Shown here piece by piece: positions 38,168-48,296 of a stretch of 64,000 bases of DNA; the stretch's first letter is position 1; each line of letters begins with the position of its first letter. Source of the DNA: Lepidodermella squamata (lineage: Eukaryota; Animalia; Gastrotricha). The notes below the pieces were generated by a model. The model did no database searches. It had not been told where the DNA came from and worked only from the letters and a program-made list of their open reading frames with translations. The position numbers and the translations under genes are program-made. The stretch is from positions 124,001 through 188,000 of the forward strand of contig JBLDXI010000040.1 in NCBI GenBank assembly GCA_047495785.1, in the 5' to 3' direction.

Positions 38168-39672
38168 ATGGCATACCGCAAATTTCACGCAGAGTTTAAT
38201 GTTCTAACGATAATTTGGAGCTCAGCAATTCTATCTGAGGCATTCTGTTTAACAACCAACAACTGCGAAAATTTCGAAGAAATTAGTGTTCCGCCGTGGG
38301 CCCTCGTTGAGGATGGGGCATACCAGATTTCCTTTTCAGACTATTCGCCGCCGATCCCTTCTCAAGTGTGCTTAACTAAGTCGGAATTATGGCAACTTAA
38401 TTATTTATTTTGGATAAACAAGGTAAGGTTTTGGTTTGCCTTTTGGATATTTAATGAAAAACTTTATGCCAGTACCGAATAATACCAGCATCAATACAAG
38501 ATGTGGCTAAATTGGAGATTTATACTGGCAACGATTGCTCTGAAAAGCTCGCTGCTAGATGCTGTGCAGTAACTGCAAACCGTCGTTCGCCCGGCATTCT
38601 TCAGATTATGTCACTATTTCTACCAAGCTTATTTGATGCATCAGACGAGGACGATAAAGATGCCTTCGAGACGGCGCTTGTGTCGGCCTTTGATTACTAC
38701 AGCATTGCTATATGCCCCTTGAATTCGACTGTCGATCTGCAATTGGCTGAAAGTTATTTTGATTTTAATAATTTCATTGTCACGCTAACAGGTGTTCTAA
38801 TGGTTGTAGCATCGAAATGGCTAACTGAAACGAATCTAGCTTATTATAGTTTTTGTTCGATGAGCGGAAGTTTAGCGGGGATAGCTGCTGCGTTTTATTT
38901 TATATCACAATTGTACAATACTAAAAGGCCTGTTGCCTATGTGTTGCTGTCATTTATCGCTGGATCATATGCCTCTTTTGAATACCTAAATTATACGATT
39001 GATAATGCACATAATATTTTATACGCCTTAATATTTTTGTGTTCTTGCTCTGCGTTTGTTATTTCTTGGATAAACGGTCCTTTGGTCTCGAGTAGGCCGA
39101 AAATGGCGATAAACGTTGTTTTGATCATAACGGGCTTTTTTTTAATATATTACGGAACCTCATTCAAGCCACAACATACAGCGTTATTTTTCGTGCCAAG
39201 TTTTACCTTTTTAGTTTATTCCAGCTTAAAGAATACAATTTATATGAGCCTAGCCCTAATAACTGGAAAAAAATCCGTGGAGACTGGCCCTGGAGTTGCC
39301 GTAGTTGGGAATGGTCTTGACGATGCGATAGTTGGCGCTAGCCCCAAATCTAAAGCCCCTACAGCTGTAGAGACTGAACAAGTTCCCAGCGTGGTAGCTG
39401 TAGGTCTTGCAGGAGAAGGCAGAATAGATACGCCGCCTACCAGACTCATTGCTTTTCCTTATATTTCTGAAGCAGAATTTGAGTATCAAAGTATACAATA
39501 TACCGCTGAACAGCTAACTGCCTTGCGCAATTTTGCTACCGCTAATATGGCAACCGTAGTTGCTAGGATAACCCATCTTCGTCAATTTATGGCATTTCTA
39601 ACCGGAGTTAATTTATATGTAGTTAGACAGGAAGCCCAGCCGTCCGCCCAGGCAAATGATGTTGTGCAATGA
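38168..39672 (+). CDS. Cargo: divergent NEMP (TMEM194)-like nuclear envelope integral membrane protein
   Basis: Exons 38168-38422 and 38473-39672. NEMP-like motifs are GVLMVVASKWLTETNLAYYS..GSLAG, NGPL..SR..INVVL..TG..LIYYG, ISEAEFEYQSIQYTAEQLTALRNF and RITHLRQFMAFLTG. Confidence 0.75.
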
Positions 39673-40204
39673 CGAACATTATTATAATCTCACATGAATA
39701 TGATTTATAATGCCATTATGATGAAGGTCCCGCAATATTTTTTGCATGCAATCTTTGGACTTCCTCAATGTTCTTGCGTTACCTATAAAACCGAAAACAA
39801 CTACAGTGCAAGTCGTCTAAATCGGACTCGGGTCGCGCTCGGGTCGCTCGGGTCGCTCGGGTTGCGAATTCCAGACTCCCAAAATCCGTCAGGTTTATAC
39901 CACCAGACCGGTTGAGAATGAAGTCCACACTTTTGGACTCAAAAACTTCCGGTTTAGACAACTTTCACTGTATATTATAAATATTATACCGATCTCATCT
40001 CACAATAAAATTATATTGTATAAGCTAGAAAGTATTTTTTATAAAAGTTTTCTTATATTTCTTATTGCTTCTTTGTTTATTTCTCCGTTTTCCGTACATT
40101 AACCAACAATTAAACCGTTAAACAACTCCGTTAAAAAGTGTGATGTGCATTTCAGCTATTTAAATTTATTCTAACTTTAGTCGATTAATTTTTTGAGAAT
40201 ATTT

Positions 40205-40543
40205 ATGGCCACAACGACTTGTCGGGAGGCAACGATTGAGGAGATTGAACGTTGCCGTTTATTCAATCTCGATTGTTCGGGTCTATGCCCCGCCTTTAAC
40301 CCGACAACGTCGCCAGCCAACAATGTGCCGCCTGGCCTTTCAACCCCGATGTTGATTGGTCTAATATGCGGGGGGGTAGTGCTTTTGTTAGCAGTCGTGG
40401 CCGCGACAGGGGCTGTAATCGTCATTTGTCGGCGCAGGCGTCGTTATGCCCCTATCGATCAACATCATCAATCTACAATTCAATTGTGCTTGTTCGCGTC
40501 GAACGAACAAGGCGCTGCCGATGAGAATGCTGTAACAGCCTGA
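40205..40543 (+). CDS. Cargo: small single-pass protein family member 1
   Basis: C..E.ERCRL..DC..C N-terminus, P/T stalk, TM, RRRRRY and LCLFASNE tail. Confidence 0.7.
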   Translation: MATTTCREATIEEIERCRLFNLDCSGLCPAFNPTTSPANNVPPGLSTPMLIGLICGGVVLLLAVVAATGAVIVICRRRRRYAPIDQHHQSTIQLCLFASNEQGAADENAVTA

Positions 40544-40760
40544 TCAAAACATCGACTTTGTTTTTACCTAGTTTTTTATGGCCTTGCCTGTTACTTGCCT
40601 GTAACTTAACAATAATTTTTCGAAGAATTGATTGTTCCTTAATTCGTGCAAAAAATGATATATATTATTGAAATATTATTATAAATATTATTAAACCATA
40701 AATAATTGAATTATTTTCGTTTTTTTAGATATTACATTCAATCTCGTATTACATTCTCAA

Positions 40761-40971
40761 ATGCCTTGCGTGTCATTTAGTTTTGACGACCTGGTAAAAT
40801 GCCGCCTTGAATTGTGAGACAACTGTGATAATTTCTGCAATGGGGCGACTCCCATCACAGAGCCTGGTGTTTCCACCACGTCCGGCGCAGTAACCTCGCC
40901 TAGCCTGACTTCTAGCCTGGTTTCTACCACAACACCCACCACACCCGCTGCCGATACGCCGAAAACTGACG
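40761..40971 (+). pseudogene. Cargo: family member 2, pseudogene of 42932-43282
   Basis: MPCVSFSFDDLVKCRLEL* has an early TGA. Similarity continues to DTPKTD, then stops and the TM is lost. Confidence 0.7.
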
Positions 40972-41141
40972 AAAAATCTATTGGTCGTTTTTGTCGTTTC
41001 AACTTCCACTGCTACTTCCCCTGCAATTGTAAACTTTGGTTACCTGAGTCAACAGAGATGAAATCTCTCTCTCTCTCTCGTTTTTATCGAAATCATGAGC
41101 ATGAAATCACGAAGTTCATGTTCAAGTCATGTTCAACTCCT

Positions 41142-41380
41142 GGGAGTTCCTGTTCTACTAGTCAAATTGAAAATCGCACAGAGCGTAAAATGCGAGCTTG
41201 GGTGCAATCACCGCGCTTCATCGAATCAAGAAGGGAGTTCCTGTTCTAGTCAAATTGATAGTCACAGAGAGCGTAAAATGCGAGCTTGGGTTCAATCACC
41301 ACGCTTCATCGAATCAAGAAGAGAGTTCCTGTTCAAGTCTGACTGATAGTCACACATGCCGTAAAAGGCGAGCTTGGTTT
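41142..41380. repeat. ~88-91 bp tandem repeat, ~2.7 copies
   Basis: GAGTTCCTGTTC...GCGTAAAATGCGAGCTTGGG...CATCGAATCAAGAA units start at ~41142, 41233 and 41321. Confidence 0.8.
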
Positions 41381-42298
41381 TTGTATCAGTATTAGTCTGA
41401 TTTAGTCTTCCTCATTGTGTTGGAAAAGAAAAAAAATTAGTCGGTATAATCGAATTCAGAAACTCAGATGTACTCGATGTGTTAGATAAACGGAATTTCC
41501 ATGGCCAATCGGAGACATTTCCGCAATCCGATATACTACAGGATTTGTGCCCAATTTTCAGATTTCTTCACCGGGGCCAGTGATGCGCGAAAACATTAGC
41601 GGCTGATGTGGAGAAAACGTCTTTTCTTTGCGCTTATAAAGCCCCGCTTGAATTCCTCAACTGCTTCGACAACTGTCGCGTTTCATGACAACTGTCATGT
41701 GGAGAACCAGGCCAGACTATTCCAAGTCCTGACTTCGGCCGGACTTCGGAATTTTTAGTAGTCCAGTCAGTAGCTTCGTCCAAAACGCGTCTGCATATTA
41801 CGCGTCAGCTTCGTCCTTTTCGTCCGGCTACGAGAAGTTCAGTAGTTCAGCTTGCCAGGAGTTTGCCAAGGTTTCGATTCTCTAAACGAAAAATCGATTC
41901 CATGTGACAAGCATCACAGGTCTGGATATGCTTTTGTATGCAATTTTGATGGTAGAATTGTTTCCGCATTTTTGAAAATGGAATAAGTTCGCGCAGTTGA
42001 TTTATAACATGCGAGAACAACGGCCGTGAATACACATACACTTCTCAAAGATTGAAATAGCGGACGGAACCCAGCTCAATTTGGAGCTTAAGAATTTATA
42101 GAAAAATAGCTTCTATAGAAAAATGTAAGGGCCGAAAAGTGTGCACTTGGAGAATGCGAGGGACTAGAAAATCGAATGGACTGAGTGATCGTGATTTACG
42201 AAAAATTGAAATTGCTTGCATATTTAAATTTATCGAATCGAATCAAATTTGTGTTAAATAATTGCATTCATTAAATTTTAGTGTTTAATTTTTCTAAA

Positions 42299-42628
42299 AT
42301 GACCTGCATTCCACCGTCCGCTGAAGCCTACGAGAGGTGTCGATTGTTGCATGTCGACTGCAACATTTGTCCGCCATCAACAACCACCTCGGTTACAACC
42401 ACTTCCTCAAACCCCTTGCCGCCTTCTCCAGCTGAGACGGGATTGTCAAAGCTGGAAATTGGTCTTCTTTCAGCGGGGATCGTCACAGCAGTGATTGTTA
42501 TCATTATATCCATTGTTGCTATTATCTTTATTCGCCGTCGAAGGCGTTATTCTCGACTCGAAAGCCTTCCGCTTTGCTTGTTCGCCTCTAACGAAGAGGC
42601 CGATGGAAATGCCGAAATTACGGCATAA
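42299..42628 (+). CDS. Cargo: small single-pass protein family member 3
   Basis: ERCRLLHVDCNIC, T-rich stalk, TM, RRRRRY and LCLFASNE. Paralog of 40205. Confidence 0.72.
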   Translation: MTCIPPSAEAYERCRLLHVDCNICPPSTTTSVTTTSSNPLPPSPAETGLSKLEIGLLSAGIVTAVIVIIISIVAIIFIRRRRRYSRLESLPLCLFASNEEADGNAEITA

Positions 42629-42931
42629 TATTCTTAGTTTATTACTTTGTACTTGCCATATTATCAAGTCATATTACTTGACATAATATCTTGCCATATT
42701 TCTTTGTCTTGCCATTATATTATGTTGTATCTTGCCATATAATATAGTATTGCAATAATATTATAATCTTGCCATATTACTTGCCATCTGGCAAATATGG
42801 CAAATACTTGCCATATTATTTGCCGCCGTATATAATGTGTATAATGTTAATTTTATTATTTCATTCGGTATTAAATGATCTATCGATAAACTTTCTGCCT
42901 GTTTCCTTTTAGAAATTAAAAAATTATTATT

Positions 42932-43282
42932 ATGGCCGATTGTGTCCCGTTTAGCGAGGATGCTGTAATAAAATGCCGCCTTGAATTGAGTGCCAGCAGT
43001 TGTGTATTCTGCGACACGACTTCTACGACTGGCACCTCCATTACTTCTTCTACCACGCACGCTAGCGATACGCCGAAAACTGACGTTTTGATTACAGTTT
43101 CAGTTGTCCTATCGGTGATCGCGATAGTTGGTGTCGCTATTCTGGGATTCAAGTTCCAGAAGGTGATACGCTGGCTTCAAACTGTAATTAGCCGAAGTCG
43201 GCGAGGTTTGGAACGGCTGCATATATACCGAGTTGACGGGCGTATAATTGACACGATCGAGCTGCCTGAAGATAGCTTGTAG
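42932..43282 (+). CDS. Cargo: small single-pass protein family member 4
   Basis: CVPFSEDAVIKCRLEL..SCVFC, T-rich stalk and TM VLITVSVVLSVIAIVGVAILG. Confidence 0.72.
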   Translation: MADCVPFSEDAVIKCRLELSASSCVFCDTTSTTGTSITSSTTHASDTPKTDVLITVSVVLSVIAIVGVAILGFKFQKVIRWLQTVISRSRRGLERLHIYRVDGRIIDTIELPEDSL

Positions 43283-43411
43283 AATTTTTTTTAATTATTC
43301 TGCTCATATCTGCATAATATTTCTTGATCATTCGATTCATTCAATGATACATCTTGGTTATTTCAAATATACTAGCAAAATCATTAAAATATTAGCGAGT
43401 TACTGATTATT

Positions 43412-46094
43412 ATGAGCCTTCCATCAACATCGGCTGCGACTAATGTCGCCGATATGGAAATTCCAGTGTTCCCCAATGATAAATTGAAGAAACCGATTCG
43501 GCGAGTAAAATCGGCTTGGGTCGATGAGGAAAAGCGGATGAGAAATTCTGGAGAATCGTACGTGAGAAGGGAAATTGTTGCCAAAGATCGTGATACTGGC
43601 GTGCTGCGAAAGAAGCGAAAGTTATCTGTCGTTCGGAAACGCGAGGGCAAGCGGCTGTTGAACTGCTGCAAAGAAAAGCGATGTTGGGAAAAATACACGG
43701 ACGTGAAAATAGCAGAACTGAGTCAACAGTTTAGGTCGACTGGGTCCATCTTTGACCAACGTCAGTTTGTTGGGAGATTTGTCTCAAAGGATTTTGTCAA
43801 GTTTCGAAGTAGAATTACCTACACACTACCCGCAATTTATGCTACGGAGAAATTTCGAGGGAAAGCGGCAAAAATTCAGCGGATTACTGTTTGTCGCAGG
43901 TTTTTCGAGTCTGCCTTGGATGTTACGAATCGCTTTGTGTCTTACACTTTGGAGAACAAGCTTAGTCCCGACCAGTTGACTGTTTATCCGGACTTTCGGC
44001 GTGCGAAGAAAGAAGGGGGCAGAAATACCTTGAACGAGTTGACGAGAAATTCTGTTATCAATTTTGTGAAGCCTCGTTTAAAAGCGTAAATTTTGATAAT
44101 CTCTGGTGTAAAATGCGTCAATAAGTCGATTGTGTTTTCTGACATTGCAGCAAATTAAGCCATTACCGAAGAAAGTATTCTAAGCGCTTTTATGTGTCTA
44201 CGAACATCACTATCGGAAGCCTTTACCGAGATTGGGTTTCTTATATTGAATCTGAACCTCTGCTTGGCATCCGGCGATGCAGCTATGTCTCTTTCCGTCA
44301 ACTTTTCCGCACGCATTTCAGGTATATTTTACGTAACTAATATCTCTTTGTTGTGTACTCAGCTTGATATTATTATTATTATAAAGGTCAGTCTCATTCC
44401 AAGAACCACGAAATGACAGATGCAAAGTGAGCACAAGGCAAAAATAGATATTATTAGCGAGCTGTCAACTGTCATTTAAATTACAGGTATGCGCTCGTTG
44501 GAATTTCATGACAGAGGCGCAGAAAAATCAGAACCGTGCCAAGCACCAACAGCACTTGGATGAGAAGGACGCTAGCCGCGCTTTTCGGCGTTTGCGTCGC
44601 GAAAGAGCCGAAATGTCGCGACAAGCAGATTTTGCTGGGCGGAAAAGCGCCATCATTGAGGTGAAAACGGCCGAAATGCGATTTATGAAAAGATAGCCTT
44701 GTTGCCGCTTTGTTCAAGGTTGACGCACAATCCAAATTACGCACACCCTGCTGCGCTTTTCCCTACAAGCGAAAGCTCATAACGACCAATTTTACGATTT
44801 TCGACCTCACTGAACGGACAACTTTTAATTATTTGTTTGAAGAGTTTAACGGTACCTTGAAAAAAAATATTATATTATTCATGCAGAATCACCCCTCATC
44901 CGCTTTTTCCGTTTCAGGGTCCTTGGGCGCGGCCGAAATTGGATCGATTCTCAACCACTACGTCTTGAATCATCTCGACAACGATATTGAAGAACTGACT
45001 ATCGTCTCAGATTCGACAGTTGGAGCTGGGAAAAATCGGTAATGAATTTAAGTGAACACTATTTTTTTTCTAAATCAATATACTCGCTGCGTTTTTTTCA
45101 TTTTTCATAGCTTCATCCCTAACGCAATTTACCACTTGTTGAGAGAGGTCAATAGCCGGCGTGTTAGGGCTGGCCAAGCTCGGCTGAAATTTATTGATTG
45201 GATGTTTCTAGTTCCTGGTAAGTGGCGTTGAATTTTTTCAAATTTTGAGGCTCAGACGCTTTTTTCTGTTTCAGGTCGCACGCAGGTGAATTTGATCAAA
45301 TTTATGGGTGAAACACGTTTTTTTAACTGTTTTCTATAGATGAATATAGATAATTCGCATTTTTTAATTGAGAGATCGCGCCGAAGATATGGTTCAGTTA
45401 CCGATCCATTTGAATGGCGGCAAATTATTAAAAGTGCTCGGCGACAAGGAACCGAGAAGGAAAAGTTCCGCGTCGTTGAATTTACTTGGGAGGACTTCAA
45501 AGACTTTCGCAGGAAGCCAAATTATTGGACGACTTTGCAAAACAGCAGCAAATTTCGCGTAACCGAGTACCAATTTTATCGATTCAAGATAAACATAGGA
45601 CAGCATGAACTTTGGGCCCGCAAAAGCTATGTCAATATTGCGACTGATGGCAACAACCCGGGCGCTCTCACCCCAGAACAGCGATTATTGATTGATTCCG
45701 ATGAAGACGAGAAGATTCGCTTCGATGTGCATCTTACACCTAAGAAAAATGAAGGTCCCTTTGCTTATAACAATGGTGAGTTTAGCTTTAGTCTTATCGT
45801 AAGGTAATTTATAATTATGGTGTTATCACAGCCCAACCGGAACCCGCATACACTGGACCACGAAACCTTACGTTCGATAAAAAGATGGATTTGCTGTCGT
45901 GGATTGCTGATGGTGTCACTCCACCTAGAATGCTCGAGTACATCAAGGCGTTGCCATGTGACATTTCTTCAGCCGAAAAGCGGCAGGCTTATGAAAATCG
46001 ACTAGCCTTGATTCAAGAAAAATATAAAGATAACGAATGGACCGCTGATGATGAAGATATGGCAGACGAAGAGCCGCTTGTTGACAGGCTCTAA
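43412..46094 (+). CDS. Sola1-type DDD transposase, 10 exons, ~709 aa
   Basis: Exons 43412-44085, 44151-44321, 44387-44426, 44487-44660, 44719-44851, 44918-45038, 45111-45217, 45275-45285, 45340-45775 and 45832-46094. Motifs are SHYRR, F.EPRNDRCKVC..H, VDAQ..RTP..YKRKL..NFTI, AEIGSIL, SDSTVGAGKN, FLVPGRTQMNIDNSH..IE and KKMDL. Confidence 0.88.
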
Positions 46095-46551
46095 ACGCTT
46101 ATTTTAACCACATTGTTTATAATATTATATGATTTTTTCGTGGTGGGAACCCTCTTCTTTTATCTATTATTTTATCTTAGCTCCTTTGTGCCACAAAAAA
46201 CAACTGTCATCTTGTTAGCGATTGCTTCTTTTATTTATTCGTGACGATCATCATAACAAAGAATTAATAAATCGAGTGTTTTGAGCTAAAAAATACCACT
46301 TTTTGCCGCTCCGAAATACCTCTTAATTGAACAGCTCGAAAAGAAGCGAAGCAAAAAAGAAATGGAGTAACTTCAGCAATGGTGATCGGCCTTTTGAGTA
46401 ATTGAAACATCATGAACATTGCTTTTGGTCATAGGAGACGTCCTGGTTTGCAAGAAACAAAATTACTTTGGAAGGTAAAAACAGAAGAATTACGTGAAAG
46501 CAAAAATCTCAATAAATAAACAATGAGCGCGAAATTGGCGCTTGCGAAAGA

Positions 46552-46801
46552 GGCCATTATTTGTATATGCGCATACTACATACTACTAATAATGATAGGA
46601 GTACTTCGGCTAAAAACTCGTTTCAACTCTTTTAACTTTGCATTGAACTGTCAAAATGCCACAAGTTATACATATTCTCGCTCATCTCATCAAGGCGGTC
46701 ATTTTGATACTGGTTTCGAGGCAAAATTCGTCAAATTAAGAAAATTTATTTCTTTATGTGCGTATAGCATGGTTAAGCTACATTACTGCAGAACACAAAC
46801 G
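46552..46801 (-). repeat. Right TIR of giant element
   Basis: ...ATGTGCGTATAGCATGGTTAAGCTACATTACTGCAGAACACAAACG|ATGT. Confidence 0.9.
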
Positions 46802-47087
46802 ATGTATCTTGGTGTCATAATAGCGCACAAAAAAACGAGGTCACGGCATGAGATGAAAAATGGCTGATTTTTTCGAAAAATCGCACAATACGCAAAATCA
46901 ACAACAACAACGACAAAAAGTCTTTGGAACATTCGAAACTGCTCCAATTCGCAGATCTGAGCAATAAAAAACACAGAGAAGAAAAAATTAAATTTTTTCC
47001 CCGAAAAGAAATAAATCGCATTTTTTCAACAGATAATAATTCGAGAAATAATTATAGTAATAAATTTACTAATTAATTTTTTGTGCA

Positions 47088-47657
47088 TCACCGGCGGTAA
47101 CTGACAACGGCACTTCGACTGCTGCGCATCGATTCCTCGTAACTAGGCGGAGCTTCCTCGCCGATCATCGGGAACGGCTGAACCGGCGCTGAAGCGACCA
47201 TCATCAACGTATTCGCCGACGAAGTTGACCCAAATCGCAGCTGATGACTCACATTATGAGTTGACACACTGTTATGCCGTCGGTTATTATTATTGCTATG
47301 TCGATGAGGCCGATGGCTTGGTGGTACCACGCTGGTACCGAGTGATGGCGTCGAACTAGAGGCACTTTGTCCCATTGAATTACCCGGCAGCAGCACGACC
47401 GGTTTCGGTGATAATTGAATCGAATTCGCGAATTCAACCGCCTCAAGCATTGAACTGTTGTAATTAGGCGGCGCGACCTCGACCAGGCTGATTTCGCGGT
47501 TATTATTATGTAAAATTCGGGTTCGATTGCTGATGTGACGATGCCGCCGCACCTTTTTGCGCCGTTTGCAGATCAGGCACAGTAGAATACCGACAATGGC
47601 CCATGCGAGTAGGGCGAATAGAGCGATGAGTAGGATGAGTAGGGTCTGCATGTCCAT
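47088..47657 (-). CDS. Single-pass membrane protein with PPxY motifs (copy 3, intact)
   Basis: N-terminal TM, CLICKRRKK, APPNY and APPSYEE. This is the architecture of WW-domain/NEDD4-binding adaptors. Confidence 0.7.
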   Translation of the reverse strand: MDMQTLLILLIALFALLAWAIVGILLCLICKRRKKVRRHRHISNRTRILHNNNREISLVEVAPPNYNSSMLEAVEFANSIQLSPKPVVLLPGNSMGQSASSSTPSLGTSVVPPSHRPHRHSNNNNRRHNSVSTHNVSHQLRFGSTSSANTLMMVASAPVQPFPMIGEEAPPSYEESMRSSRSAVVSYRR

Positions 47658-48180
47658 AATTAGGAGAAAGGTGGATGGCTGGGGCGGTTGCGATGCCGCA
47701 ATGACTTGCTGCCAAGCTTCGTCACTCGCACCAATTTTCGGGGATTGTTTATTTCGGAAATAAAATCAATTATCGCCGCAATTATCGAAATTATCGTGCG
47801 ATAACAAATTCCGAATTTATAATAATTTCTAAAAAAAATAAAATAAAATAAAAATTGGGGAAAATATTTCAGCACTTCGGAAAAAATATTTAGAATTTTT
47901 TTAAATTTTGAAATTTTTTCAGGAAATTTTACCCGCTCTTCTGAGCATTCTAGCAGTATTTTTACAGTGATCTCATAAATGTAACCAAATCATAGAATCT
48001 ACGTGGAAATGGGATCAGAATTTGCCAGAAAAATCAAAGCTCTGAAAATTTGCAATAGGAATTAGAAATCCGGAAAAAATCGAGTTAACCTGGAAAAATA
48101 CCGATAATAACCGAACCCGGAATTTCTTGGTTTTCGTAGGAGGGTGCCCCATAGATGCCCCATTATGCTGGTATGATTTA

Positions 48181-48296
48181 CAGGGCGTTCGCGTAATAAT
48201 ACTCTCCTAAAAATAGCTTTGCTACTTTTTGCATTCATTTTAGCTTTTTTGTAGCTATTTTTAGCTCAGCCAGAGTATGAATACGCGAACGCCCTG
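48181..48296. mobile_element. Tc1/mariner-type MITE, TA TSD
   Basis: TA|CAGGGCGTTCGCGTA...TACGCGAACGCCCTG|TA. Confidence 0.8.

Larger units (their letters stand above)
24205..46801 (+). mobile_element. Giant (22.6 kb) Sola1-type DNA transposon with cargo genes
   Basis: 24205-24250 is the exact reverse complement of 46756-46801, and the inverted similarity extends ~250 bp. TSD ATGT lies at 24201-24204 and 46802-46805. The joined flanks match uninterrupted paralogous sites (~6936-7000, ~15648-15720). A transposase is encoded inside. Confidence 0.9.

Noticed and set aside
24205-46801. Maverick/Polinton or endogenous virus
   Set aside because: No pPolB, retroviral-type integrase, packaging ATPase or capsid recognised. 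The TSD is 4 bp, not 6, and the enzyme is Sola1-like.
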